The notes below the pieces were generated by a model, which was not told the origin of the DNA, searched no databases, and was given only the letters and a program-made list of their open reading frames with translations. A DNA stretch of 59,421 nt, the filler included, from Dimargaris cristalligena (taxonomy: Eukaryota), in assembly GCA_003614675.1 (NCBI GenBank). It is 4 parts of 4 records of this genome, joined end to end, with 100 filler letters (N's around TTAATTAATTAA, not from the genome) between each part and the next. Parts side by side here need not be neighbours in the genome. Positions count along the whole stretch, not along the records: positions 1 to 14,793 come from ML002931.1; 3 more parts are not named here. One strand, 5' to 3'. Shown piece by piece: positions 1 to 12,780 of the stretch (positions are counted from its first letter, which is position 1; each line of letters begins with the position of its first letter). Position numbers and translations under genes: made by a program.

Positions 1-1729
1 AATGGGGCAAGTTGGATAGACCGAGGGTTTCCATGACTACGCCCTGACCCGTGAAGGCGGCATCACCATGTAACTGGACACACATCACTCGGTCACCCAA
101 GCTGCAGCCTGCGGCAGCGGCTTCGCCCCCCAGAAGGTTGAAACGGTCCAGTTGCTTAGCACGGGCCTTGCCCATGGCCACAGGGTTGACCGCTTCCAAG
201 TGAGACGGGTTCGGTAGCATGGAGACATGGAGGGGCGTATCAGTGCCATAGTCCAAGTTGGGATCGTTGGTTAAATGGGAAAGCACATCACCGGTGGCGG
301 GTACATTAGGGGGGAACTCCGAGTTGCCCTTGACCTTGTGAAATAGGACAGTCGGGGACAGCTGGAGTAAATCGGTAAGTAGGTTGAGACGGCCACGGTG
401 GGCCATGCACAGCACTACCCCCTCAATTCCCTGGACATTACTGTGGTAAAAAAGCTGATCGAGAGCTACCATCATGGATTCCGCCCCTTCCAACCCGTAA
501 CGCTTGACCTGACCAAACTTCTTTTGCATAAAGTGATCAAACACCTCCGATCGGGCCAACAACTCAAAAATACGGCGTTGCTGCTGGGGTTCAAAGGGTT
601 TACGGTCAAATGATTCCACTAGGTGGTTGAGCCAGCGGCGTTCGCCCGTATCGGGAATGTGGTTAAACTCAAAGGCGATCTTGTCGCAGTAGGTGCGGCG
701 CAGGTTTTGGATGATGGTTTTAAGGGAGGCCTCGGCCAAGGGTGCATTGTCAGGACTAGCGGGGTTGGGGCAGTACATGAGACCCTTGAGTGAAATGACT
801 TCGTCCATGTCATGCAGGCCGTAGCGAGCCGGGTCCAGTTCCGGGACGACTCTGTGCGTGATATGGGGCACGGGGGCATGCGCCAGTGATTCAGGATGGC
901 AGCATAAATGTCAATAAATAAGTGAAAAGAAGGGCATAGGGCATAGGGTGACGGTGTATGTGCAAGTGTTTCGTGACCCCCTGGTCCAGGAGGGGATGAT
1001 GGAATTTAAAAATCGAGTCACCAGTGGGTTGAGTTGTGTAGAAAATCAAAGAATGGGGTACACTGATAAAATAAAACAACCTGCAAACCAGAGGTAAAAT
1101 AAGCCAAATAGTTGGCTGTGACTGGGGATTATTGTCGTACCTATTGGGTGCCATACCCAGGGGATCTAATTGGGCGGCCTTGTGACCATGGTCACGGAAA
1201 GCATTGATTAAGCGAACAAGACGGGAATGTTCAATCCGATTGGCGATTTCGGATTCGGAGTCTGAATACGCCGGAAGTAAAATGAAAGCAGTGGGTTACC
1301 AGAGGAAGGGCATCGATAAAATCAGCTTATTAGGTGCTAATTTTAGAAGACGGTCAGTAGGCAACTACGGGGGGTTGGTTGGTATGAACCACACAGTGGC
1401 GAACTAAGCTTAAGTAATTAAAAGGTATAGATACCAGGCGGCCGTCGGGCAATAATATAGACTATATAGCTGGGGTGAAGAACTGGACGGGTGTTTCCAA
1501 CGAAACTAGAGATGCCGAAATACTTACAGTCAGTCCATCCGTGGGGCTTCGGTTGACGGTAGCCATAAGCGCCTTCATCGTGGTAACCACGGATGTTCAC
1601 CAAAGGAATGGCCGAGGGATTAGGGCGGAGAACCGTGGCGGCCAGGAGGGGTCGCTGCGGGAAGCGGAGGAGAGGCCGGCTTGTCAGACCGGGTCGACAC
1701 CGAGTGGTTCGGAACTGACCCAAGAGCAT
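1..1729 (-). CDS. DHTKD1: Mitochondrial 2-oxoadipate/2-oxoglutarate dehydrogenase E1, DHTKD1-type (3'-truncated at window start)
   Basis: Spliced exons 1729-1528, 1261-1141 and 851-1 (GT..AG, frame kept). Arg-rich targeting peptide, then RGYHDEGAYGYRQPKP, FRDHGHKAAQLDPLG, KRYGLEGAES, MAHRGRLN, GDVLSHL, PNPSHLEAVNPVAMGK and the TPP-binding HGDAAFTGQGVVME. Not captured by the ORF track. Confidence 0.9.
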
Positions 1730-2299
1730 TGGCACTAGGAGTATTTGAAGTCGAGTGCAGGAAATGGGAGTAAAGACGGGAAACTTACTAAGCGGATAGT
1801 TACTGAAGCAACGGAGATATAAAAAGACGGTACGAAAAGAACCGGGGCAAGACAAAGTCGGCGTTTATGAAGGCCGACGAGACCCAGCACTACGTAGGGA
1901 AAAGGAGAGAGCGAACCGCATACAACTGAAGCATAGCCAGCCGGGTGGGCAGTCACTATAGTACGCACATAAGAAATAATGGTATGGGGATGAGTGTATG
2001 CGAATGTGACCGCTATTTTGTCCCACCCTTCAATACGGGGGTTTCTCAAAGCCACAGTCCACTGGGAATGCGATTCACGCGACCTCGGTTGATCAATCCA
2101 TTGGACCTAGGCCCAATTGCCTACAGGTACCATGCCAGGTCATTCCATTACTGCCGCCTACACAACCGCCAAGTGAAGTTCTCGTATCCAGTTTATTATT
2201 AACAATGGGTAGTATTTTCCCATGTCCAAAGGGGTGGGTGGCCCGGTTATTCCAAGCTATTAATACTCAGCAAAGCATTCAACCAAACTAACATCTACA

Positions 2300-5200
2300 T
2301 TACTCGGCTGAGGAGTCGGCATCCATTCCTAAAATGGCACCTATCGAGTCCAGCAAGGATTTGGCCTCGGTTTGGGCTGACCCGCCCAGTCCCGACATCG
2401 ACGCCATGGCCGCCTGGGCTGTCTCCCGCTGCAGAACTCGGTTATCGTCGGCCCCATGGGTATCAAGCCAGCGGGCGTATTCATGGACCGACAAGTGGAG
2501 ATGCTCGTGGGGCCGAGTCAGCTTCTTGGGCAACTGGCTGAATAAATATTGGACCACCAGATCATTGGGGATGGCCGCCAGCTGGGCTGACCGCTGTCGG
2601 CGACCATTATTACCCCCCTTTCCGTCCCCCACCACCGGGGCCACTTGGTTATAATCCATAAATACCAGAGACCGGAACTCCCGCAGCATCTGGTACGTCG
2701 GTCCCAGGTCCTTCAGCTCCAATTTAACCCGACCCAGAAGCTGGTTCAGCGAGAATTCGAGTTGGGTTAAATCGTCGGTCAATTGCATTTTATCGGCATC
2801 TTGTAATTGGGGGACTAGGCTCACGTGGCGCATAAAAAGTTGGAGGAGACGTTGGCCTAGGCTTCGTACCCGGGCCACACGGTCCACGGCCGAGTCCAGC
2901 TTCTCCACGAGTCGTCGAACGTACTTGATGCGGTGGGCCAGCTCGATAATAAAATGACTGTACCGGGAAGATGATCCACCCCCGCCCGAATTAGACAGGG
3001 AATTATTATTAGCCTTCAGACTGGAGCGATACGCCCCTTCGGCGTGCATTTTGGCCACCGTATCTTGAATACTCTGGCTGATCTGCTTGAAGAGGGGATC
3101 CAGGATACGGTCCACCAGGCGTTGTCCCCGGCGGTCGCTTTCACCCAGTTTGGCCAGCAGGGCGGGGGGCATTGTCACGGACCATTTCCGAATATGTTCA
3201 ATTAGCCCTGCCGCGGTGTTGGCTAGATCTAAGTTACGGACCTGAAGCGCGGGCATAGTATCCGTCGATTCAGAATACCCTAGGTGGTAGGCACGAGGTT
3301 GCGTAGAAACCTGTGTAGAGCAAAAAAGGGCAAGGGATCCCGTGTTAACATCAAAACATTTAAAGAGTGGAATTGCCTCGTTAGATCTTATCCAACTGCC
3401 AATAGGGGAATAGTGCCAACGGCATAAAGTATGAATAGCCCTGGACTTCGGACCCTATATGATGGATCCTCTGAAACAACATCAGTATTACGGTGGGACT
3501 AGTTCAAATAGGGATCAAAGTCGAAAATCGAATAAGGCGGAGAAACGTAGTTTCGGTGAAACGAGCGGTGACTTACCCATTTCTCAATTTGTTGTAGGAA
3601 CTCGTCAAACTGCTTATTGATTAACCGAACGACGTGTAGGGATAACATGGTATCAAACTTGACCACTTCAATTTCGTTCAGAAGGGTTCGCACCATAGTG
3701 CCCATCTGCGACCTGGACGGCAAAGCTGTGCCACCCACCCCACTCTGTGACGATGGCTGCGCCGGACTGCCACCAAGGGTATTGGGGGTGGTTACACCCA
3801 GAATACCTACTGCCTTACCCCCAATGCGTGCATCAATCTTCGCCAAGTATCCACTTTCGAATGGGGCAAAACTACGTAACAGCAGCATATTTTCGGGCAC
3901 TTGTTCATAACGCTCGCTACTGGCTGTCGATCCATTAATGGAAGGGGTCTGGCCTGTTAAACCTAGGCCCAGACCTAATCCGATGCCCGGTCCCATTTGC
4001 CCGCCCCCTACCCCCACGGCAGCCGGCACCTGTTTGCGTTGAAGGGGGGCTAAACCGCCATAGAAGGCATGTAAACGCAGAAGGAGTTTGGGGTAGTGAT
4101 TCGTTAAGGTCGTGATTACAAAATTACCCCCGGTGGTATATTTGAGTCGCTGGTGAAAGAGCTCGGTGAGATAAGTGGCTACTTGGTTCCAAAAGTGAGT
4201 CACTGGGCGAAGACCGGTGGTCTGGATCAATACATCCAGGAACGACCGCTGGGTCCGCGTATCCCGCTTCCGCGTTAGCACCTTTTCCAGGGTATAGACC
4301 CGCGTGGCAGCCTGGGTCAAATGATCAAATAGCACATCTAATAGATCCCAGAACTTCCCGGCCCCCACCGGGGGCAGAGAGGAAGGGGTCGAAGTAGTGG
4401 CAGGGGAGGATGCCAGGCTGCTAGTCGACGAAGATACCGGGATGGTGGTGGCTGTGGCGCTGAGGTTGACCCAGGTGGTCACGGCCGTAACGAATTCCTT
4501 GTGCTCTTGGTCCAGCACCTGAACCATCCGAGGTCCAAGTTGGTCGAGGTAGTAGTAAATCTGGCACCCTAAAGCCAAATCCCCGTAATGGGCCCCACGG
4601 TGGCTGAGTCCGTCGGAAAGTCGAGTGTCGGCCTGGTTGCATAGACGTTGGCGTTGATCAGCCACTCGCTGTAACTCGGCATTCAACCAAGTTAGGTCAG
4701 CTAATTCCGAATGGCCCACCTGAAGGCGATCGATGTCACGGAGCGTCACGGCGGCGGAAATATAGTTTTGCACGGTTCGATCGGAGTCAGGACCACTGGC
4801 CGGGGCTTGGGATGCCGACGGGGACAATGCGGGGCCAGTCGATGTGGACTTTGAGGAATCCTCCGCTCCTAAAGCAGAATCATCCAGCAATAAATCAAGG
4901 CGACGGGTAAGTTGACCCAGCTTCGATAAGTAGGTAACGGCATCCGACGCTGCGTGCAAATTTTCAATCTGGTTGGTATATAGAGAAAGGTGCTCGTAAG
5001 GAATTCGGATTCGCTGGCGGAGGCTAATACGGAGGTCAAGTCGGGTAGAGGTATCGAGCAACTATTATTAGTATTCGCCATCTGACTAACTGGTATTATG
5101 TCAATGTACCAGGTTAACCTAGGGAAGCCTAAATGGACGACGGCCCTTCAATAAGACATCGACATTATGATTGGCATGGCCACCATTATATCCCAGCTAA

Positions 5201-5573
5201 CTAGAATTGCCATCAACGCAAGCTAAATACGAACAGTGTTGAAGATATGAACGAGTACCTACCGTTCTTGGATTTCCTTCATGCGCTGGACATCGGATTC
5301 CAGCTCCACTAGGCGCGCACCATTGGTCTTTATTTGAGTAATGTGGGACAGGAGGGGCTCGTAATTGTCCAGAATGAGGGCTTGAATTTGATTCTCCACA
5401 TTGGCCGTGGCCGAGTTGAGCTCATCTAGGCTAAGCGAGGCAGCCGGCCGAGTAGCTTCCGAGGGAAGACGGGACGATGCTCCAGACCCTGGGTCGAGTC
5501 GGGAGGTGTCCTGAGCTGTGGTGGCCGCGGCACCTTTGGTCAGGGAGGAGGTGGACGACGAGGTTAAAGACAT
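2300..5573 (-). CDS. COG5: Conserved oligomeric Golgi complex subunit 5
   Basis: Exons about 5573-5263, 5023-3577 and 3310-2300 join in frame. N-terminal coiled coil (VENQIQALILDNYEPLLSH...RLRQRIRIPYE), VYTLEKVL..KRD, YPKLL and C-terminal KMQLTDDLTQLEFSL are typical of COG5. Start codon uncertain. Confidence 0.85.
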
Positions 5574-6237
5574 GTCGACCTGGGACGCCGATGGTTGCTG
5601 GCCGCTGGGACGACTGTTGGATAAATGTGATATAGACAAGAAGTTGAAGAATAAAGAGGGACAATGTAGATGACTGATGGACCATGGGACATTGGGAAAG
5701 TCCTCTAGCAATCCAGAGACGGAATGAGAAAATTGGTCCCAAAGTCAAACTTTACTGTGTGCTTTTGGAAATTACCCCTCCAGTACCCGGCAGTACCCAG
5801 TGAAACAGGGAATACTGAGATGTTAGTTTGATATCTGGTTAATATTATGAAATTATTTGCTTGTAAACGATAATTAAGTAATACTGTTTTGGTGCTCAGT
5901 TCATTAACCCAACTTGTAATTTACCTCAACTGTAGTCGAGAGGTGACGGGACACAAGACCAATCAATCGAATATACCTTTTGGTTGCAAAATAAATGTGA
6001 CAGTTTACGTATGAATTTCTCGCAGCTGCTCAATCACCCACTAGCCTATTCTCCTAACTCTATATGATAGATGGAACCTCTCCATAATTAAATAGGTATG
6101 CCCTATCCCAAAACATAATGGTTGAGTATCTATAACAAATACTACGGCTATTATATCATAAGAAGTAACATGCCATTAATGCCTATTTATTTTACAGTGT
6201 AACGGTCTTGAATAATTATAACGTTTATTTCGTATAG

Positions 6238-9200
6238 CTAAGCCGTGTTTCGCTGCTTACGTTTCTGGGCACTTGTTTGTCCGTATTTCGATCCGCTGCG
6301 AATAACCCGAACGGTAGACTGACCAGATAGAGGCAGCTTATTAGATGGGCTTGATGTAGCGCGGTGTGCCACCGGCTTCGATGTTGAAGGAGAAGGGGCC
6401 TTATTAAACCGTGGCTGCATAGCCGACGGGGGTAATTTCCTCTGTGGGGGTAGATTGGCGGAGACCTGTTGGTATAGCGCATCCACTTCCTCTTGGGACT
6501 GGGCCATTTGGGCTTTAAGGTATCTAAAGTCACCCTCATCATTTTGATTATCAGTCTCAAGCTTCGCCCCCGTCCCACTGTCCTCCACCGTCGTGGCCGG
6601 GTGTTCTTCGCCCGGATGCATGTCAGATAGGACCGAATCTCCGGAGCGGTCCAAGCGCCCATTGGTTTTGGATACCAAATCCTGGATCGTCAAGCTTTCT
6701 CCGGGCGGGATAGTATCCGGATGGGAGGGAGTCACGCAGGGTAAATCAACCTCTTTGCGCAGTACATGATCCACATCCACCGACGAAAAGAATGCCACGG
6801 ACAGGGGGAGGTTTTCCATGCCCAGGCGGTAGCTGAAGAGGGCCCGGGTCCATAGATTGGCAATCTGAAGCGCCAGGGCGGCCCGGTAACGGTCAGGCTC
6901 AGCCACCAAGTAGCGGATTTCGTCGTGGATAGAAATAAGGAACCGGGCATCGATTTGGTAACGGCGGCAGAGATAGCGCATCGATACGATCAGGAGGTGG
7001 AGGTAGTCGACGCCGGATGATTGAACCACCCAGTTAATTCGCGACGTCATGTATTTAGTGCCGGCGACCTGGGGCAATAGGGTGTCGGTGATCTCACAAC
7101 CCAGCGCTGGGGTGCGTGGGCTATCCGTCACCGCCACGGCTTCTAGAGCGTTAAACATGAAACTTTCGCTGCCTCCGCTCCAAATATGGTCGGGTTGAAC
7201 GGAGTTCAAATGATCCGAATCCATGCCCATCTGACAGTGACTGGAACCAGCCCGATTAGCGCCATGACCACTCACGTTATCTAACTCGGTGGGAAAGGAG
7301 GGCTCGAGCGTCACCGGTGGGAACCGAAACGACTCGGGGGCCTGCCATTGGTGACCTTTCGTTGCCTTGTACAATTTCAGCGCCGTCTCCCTGGCCTGAT
7401 CCGGCGACGCCGTCGGATTGAATTTCAGGAGCAACTGGGTGGCAAACTTTACCCCCGCCCCGTAAATCCGGCCGTAATTGAATATTTTCGCGTGATTCCG
7501 GCTGATCCCCATAATTTGGGCCGTGTTGGAATGCATGTCGGTGCCCGCGGCTTTGGTACCCTGCAGATTCATCCAGCCCAGAGCGGTAGCCCCGTGCGCG
7601 CGGAACTGGGCGTCCCCGATAAGGCTGGAGATCCAGAGTTCCTCGGAATCCACGTCGGCGCCGACAAGGCAGTAGCCCGGGGGCGCTTCCACAATGGACT
7701 TGAGTTCCGAACCGATGCGGTTGGGTTTGGCGTTACTGGCCGTCATCCACGTGGATTCTACCGCGCGACGAGTAACTGTACCCATGGGGACGACTTGGGG
7801 AAGAAGAAGACCCTGTCGGGGACCGTCCAGGGAAGAATCGGCCTGGGGCGAATGAGAGAAAGGGGGTGTGCCGCTAGGACGGGGCCGACCCGGTAATGAG
7901 CGGTCCCAAATCACCAACTGGGATTTGACCCGTTCCCGACAACTGATCCAGTAGGAGCACTGGGCACTCATCTGTAGTGCCTCCCGGGCGGCTTCGTATT
8001 CCGAGGTTAGAATTCCATCTTCGAAGGCGCTCACATAGCCCTTGGCCAAGGGGTTCAAACACCGGGCATTTTCACCGTCCTGGTGGGGAATCCGGAAGAA
8101 ACAGCCCTCCGTATCACCAGCCGGATACGTCTCGTACTGGGGGTCCAGCGGATCGGTGGGGAATGCAAGCGGTTTATCGCTAATTTGATCCCGGTTGGCC
8201 CGGGGTATACGGAAAGTCCATCCGTACTGATCCGAAAAGTAGAGGGGGTAGCCGCGCCACTTTAGTTTAAGCAAGTACGGAGTAATACGGGTCCGGGACG
8301 TTACCCGAATGGTGTCATTCGATCGGTCCCAGACTGATTTCAACCAGGCGGGTTTGCCAGGGAGAAATTGGCGGCTGTGGGGGCGGGGCTCACCTCCGGT
8401 AGCGAACTGCCCGTCCTTGAGGTATTTTGCCTTGGTCATGCGAATGGGGGCCACCTGCCAGTCCAAATGGCAGAGCCAGGGATCGTGTTGGGCCGTTTCG
8501 GCCTGGTCCAGCGCCAACTCGGCCAGGTCCACGAGCTTAGCTTCAATGCGCTGCGACATTTCCAGGAACCGCGCCTCAGCGCTAGCCACGAAACGGTCCC
8601 ACTTATCGGTGACGGGCAAGACGGCCCCTATCATTTCGGTCATGCCCGCGAATGACGCCGGGTGGGGGCATTTTTGGAGGTACTTGGGAAAAACCTTCTG
8701 GAATACCCGGTGGGTGGTTTCCACGTCGCGGGCGCAGTAGGTGGCGAGGTATTGAAAATTGGCCTTCACATCGGCCACGGTGCCATTCATAAAAATATCC
8801 CGGGGGTCTTTGTCCATTTCGATACCACAGTGGAGCCGGGCGACTTCCTTTAGACTATTCATACTACCCACCTCGGACATCCGGGCCAAGTCGTCCAACC
8901 GTCGGCGCTCGCGTTTTCGGGTCCAGGCGGTGGATCCCTCGGCAACGGGTTGCGAGTCGCCATATTCCGTTACTAATTTCTTGTAGTACATCCAATCCAT
9001 GCGCTGCTGGTTGGAAAGTCCACTCACCGCACAATGGAAACTCATGGTGTCTAGATAAACATTGGGAGACTCCTTCAGCGTATACTCGTTGGCCACTCGC
9101 ACGCGATCGAATCCGACGTTATGGCCAATAATGATACGAGGTTGGCTGGCCGACGTCGGCGATGGGGGCTGAGAGGGATCGGTTCCCAATGGAATCAAAT

Positions 9201-9903
9201 GGGCGTCACTGACGGCGGGATCCAGAACATGCGGAGATACCCACATGTACCAAGCATCGGGGGAGGCCGCGCAGGCAATCAATGGATAAGGACTTTGTCG
9301 GAAGAGCACTTCCACGTCGAACACTAAAATACCGTCCGCGGGGGCGGCCACCGGCTCCGGGACCCGACCAGGCGCGTACCGCATCCACCCACTCCGGTCG
9401 GCACACCATTCAGTCGGCATGGGAGGCAATTCGCTCCGCATGGCCCGCTTAGCGTACCCCAGATACGGCTCCGCCGCCTGCCGACCCAGGTGGTAGAAAT
9501 GATCCTGGATGGTGGCACCCTCAAGCTCGGGTAAAGGGAGATCGACGGGCGGGGTGGTGGAAATGGGTTGGCCCCAAATTCCCTGCTGTTCGAGATGCTC
9601 GATGGCTAAGGCGGTTTGGACGGGGCGGGGTTCGGGGTACCGGGGCCGCGGGAACACGGCCTTTTGCAGATTCGGCGACAACATTTGAATGCCGATGGGA
9701 TTGAGGCGCACGTCGGGGTCTGAATCCGCTTGGGAAGGGGCATTCCAATGCGGCCGTGTGGCCTGGACGTATCGGACGGACGGACTGGGACAGAGTCCGA
9801 GATGCCCAACACGACTCAGGCGCCGCTGCATACGCAGTACCCGGCTCGATAGGAGTGGTATGTCTGGGTTGGTTGTTAAATTGCGAACCCGTAAATAGTA
9901 CAT
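6238..9903 (-). CDS. MIP1: Mitochondrial DNA polymerase gamma catalytic subunit
   Basis: Intronless 1221-aa ORF with Exo I (FDVE), Exo II (GHNVGFDR), Exo III (YCARDV), Pol A (VGADVDSEELW), Pol B (AKIFNYGRIYGAG) and Pol C (ISIHDEIRY). Confidence 0.97.
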   Translation of the reverse strand: MYYLRVRNLTTNPDIPLLSSRVLRMQRRLSRVGHLGLCPSPSVRYVQATRPHWNAPSQADSDPDVRLNPIGIQMLSPNLQKAVFPRPRYPEPRPVQTALAIEHLEQQGIWGQPISTTPPVDLPLPELEGATIQDHFYHLGRQAAEPYLGYAKRAMRSELPPMPTEWCADRSGWMRYAPGRVPEPVAAPADGILVFDVEVLFRQSPYPLIACAASPDAWYMWVSPHVLDPAVSDAHLIPLGTDPSQPPSPTSASQPRIIIGHNVGFDRVRVANEYTLKESPNVYLDTMSFHCAVSGLSNQQRMDWMYYKKLVTEYGDSQPVAEGSTAWTRKRERRRLDDLARMSEVGSMNSLKEVARLHCGIEMDKDPRDIFMNGTVADVKANFQYLATYCARDVETTHRVFQKVFPKYLQKCPHPASFAGMTEMIGAVLPVTDKWDRFVASAEARFLEMSQRIEAKLVDLAELALDQAETAQHDPWLCHLDWQVAPIRMTKAKYLKDGQFATGGEPRPHSRQFLPGKPAWLKSVWDRSNDTIRVTSRTRITPYLLKLKWRGYPLYFSDQYGWTFRIPRANRDQISDKPLAFPTDPLDPQYETYPAGDTEGCFFRIPHQDGENARCLNPLAKGYVSAFEDGILTSEYEAAREALQMSAQCSYWISCRERVKSQLVIWDRSLPGRPRPSGTPPFSHSPQADSSLDGPRQGLLLPQVVPMGTVTRRAVESTWMTASNAKPNRIGSELKSIVEAPPGYCLVGADVDSEELWISSLIGDAQFRAHGATALGWMNLQGTKAAGTDMHSNTAQIMGISRNHAKIFNYGRIYGAGVKFATQLLLKFNPTASPDQARETALKLYKATKGHQWQAPESFRFPPVTLEPSFPTELDNVSGHGANRAGSSHCQMGMDSDHLNSVQPDHIWSGGSESFMFNALEAVAVTDSPRTPALGCEITDTLLPQVAGTKYMTSRINWVVQSSGVDYLHLLIVSMRYLCRRYQIDARFLISIHDEIRYLVAEPDRYRAALALQIANLWTRALFSYRLGMENLPLSVAFFSSVDVDHVLRKEVDLPCVTPSHPDTIPPGESLTIQDLVSKTNGRLDRSGDSVLSDMHPGEEHPATTVEDSGTGAKLETDNQNDEGDFRYLKAQMAQSQEEVDALYQQVSANLPPQRKLPPSAMQPRFNKAPSPSTSKPVAHRATSSPSNKLPLSGQSTVRVIRSGSKYGQTSAQKRKQRNTA

Positions 9904-12780
9904 GAATAAAAACGAGACCTAAGGTAATCAACTTGGGTAGAAGGGATAAGCATTTTTTGATGCTTTTTTTATTCAAAAAGCGGCTGAATCGACTGCGCCT
10001 GTGGACCAAAGCTTCCATTGACGGCTATAACTTGTGCAGACAGTATGGGCTACTTCCCCTTGGTAGGTAAGGTGATGTGGATGTGGGATTTTGGCCGCAG
10101 TCGAATTGGCTGGGCAACCAAGGGATATCCAAATTTTAGTATATCCAAGTAAAGTCAGAATATATACAATGAAATGTCTATGGTTATTTCCTATGTATTT
10201 TTTACTGAAAGACCCGCCTCATCCCAAGTGCCACTCTATCCTACTACTGCATCGTTCTAAATAACTATCTAATAGACCAGTATCAATACAATTAATACCG
10301 TCGAGTAGAGTCCGCACTTCTTGCGGTTCTGCTCTATTTCTAACTTATTCTATTTAGTTTTGTTTGTCGTTGTCGTTATACACTGTCGAGAAAACTTACG
10401 GCTATTACAATATGTACATTAAGCCTAATGGAGCTAGCTAGTACGGATAAATTGAAATTACGGTCTCCTTTAATAATCGAACCGTACTATCCCTTGAATG
10501 ATTTAGAAAAAATGAATTAAGGCTAGTCATTTGGGAAGGTAAATGGTGCAAATGGCCACCGTGGCTAGTAGATCTCAACTCATTAGCCGGGATCACCGAC
10601 TCGCTGGGCTATAATCCTGCAAGCCCTCCCTGGTCAAGGACATATTAGTTAAGACTGCACACATATCCCAGCCATTAATGGCCAATATTATTCGACGATC
10701 CTCACTTGACGCAATTACTGCAGTTACGGGATTACCCTGGCGGGTCCTTGTTTACTGTGGCCGCCTGTTGACTGATTCGCCCTAGCTCCATCCAGATAAA
10801 GTAAAATCGGCAATTGTACTGTCATCAGCGATCCTGCTGCTGGTGGATGATTTGCCCATACACCCTTATCTTCCATAAACGGACCTTTGTCCAACTACGA
10901 GCTATTTACCAAATATCGCGCATTCCATAAAACTAAACTGCCTGGTTGAATGTACTTTACCCTGGAATCGATCTAACGATAGCAAGTCCTGGGTTATCAG
11001 TTTTACCGCTGGTTCTTACCACTCTACACTCGACTTACCAAATCCGATAATTAGCTATGGATGGAATCACCCCTGGCAAGAGGATTATCTGCTTTCTAGT
11101 CGACCACGCTCTATATTGTTAGACCACTAAGAGTCTAATTATCTGGCCCATTGGTTTCCTTTACGCTCTAGTCTGATGTTTCCCCATAATATGCATTTTC
11201 AACAGCGGCAGTGACAATTCTTTAAGGCTATCACTACTTGGCATCGAAGATCCTTTAACTACCGCTCACATTCGCTTGGCATACCAAGATATACATATGG
11301 CACCTTATAGTAATAAACAGTGGTGATGTAAGTAGAAGTATATGGTTACCCTTTGATCATACGTCCAGGTTGATACCTACCATAACACAAGCCTTGCCTG
11401 GTGTAGATGTGTCAGAGAAGGGCGATTAACAATGTATATCATGTATAGTCATTGGTTCGATCTTCTAAATACTTCCGCCAGACAGATAAAGTTGGTCCAA
11501 TTTCCGCCCCGATCACCCTCCTTATACCATAGCTTCCCTCTTTCCACTAACCTACTTAGGCTAGCAATTGCCCAACTATTACCCAGAGCTTTGATATTCA
11601 TTACCGTGCAAATAAGGTAATTGATTTACTTGAATATACTACCAGCTATTTTTTATTTTGATATTGGCCCAGTGTTGCGCTGGGACCGAGGGGGGTCGGT
11701 ATTGCTGTGGTTTACCGAGTAGGGAAAGTATATACTACGTAGACATGTGATTGTTATTGCAGTAGGGAACTAAAGGCCCGGGCATTATGTGTGCTCTATT
11801 ATCTTTTTTACCCCAAGTTCAAAAGGGTTGTCGATTTTGGTTATTAACTAAACATTTCCTGCTCATCTATGTATCCTTTCTGGGTGGGCCGAGAAACCAT
11901 TCAGTATTCAAGTGGTTGGCCCCATCTTGCAATTTCACCAGAGGGTTCTTCGCCTCCCCCCTGGCATTTAATAACCACTCATGAATAAGAAAGGAAGCAC
12001 ACAATCCCTTTGCTGATTATTATGGTCGCAAATTTTACTATACCAGCACCCGTTGAAAAGAATGTTCTTTGGTCAATCGCTGGCTTTGATCCGAGATTAT
12101 CCAGAGTAGACTGTGCTAATTGCTCAAGAATGTTGGATTTTAAATCATTAGTTCGCATCAGGTTCAATTAAAATGCCTAATGGAATAAGTAGCACGCCTC
12201 GGTTAGGTTTGCTGTTTCATTTGCACTAATTGGATAGGAAAGACGATCCGGTATTATCTTAATGGCAGTGACCACTTATCGTATCTGTCTAGTCGGGTTG
12301 TCATGGGCAAAATCATATGCTGATTAATTGGATATATATGTACTCTGATAGAGAGACTAAACAGCAGCCAATCACTGTGCGATTGATATGGCGGGGTAGG
12401 GATAGCCCTGGAAGGTATACGGCCCCCTATAGTCAACGCCGTTGCTAGAGTGGCCGCAGAATGTAATTCCCTGACAGCAGGTGAGTTATGGATGGCGTAT
12501 AAGTAGATATCCCTTAGGCCCCCTCGAATAACCATCAGTGCCTCACCGATTATCTATTCATCTCTCTACCCCTGGACCTCGTCTACGAGCTTTAATTTCA
12601 CAACATCTATATTGGATTGCGCACTGGCTGCAACATCCCCTATCTTTTCTAATATCTTACGATTAAACCCAATTTATTAACGACCGAGGCACTCTTCCCT
12701 AACAATTATTACCTATTTAACAGCCCGATTGATTCGCTGCTTGCCTACCTTTTTAAACCGAAACCGTACCTCCCTTAAAC

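Noticed and set aside
7190..7350. Insertion of about 55 aa in POLG between KATKG and WSGGSES
   Set aside because: This position is length-variable among polymerase gamma orthologues, and all catalytic motifs are intact.
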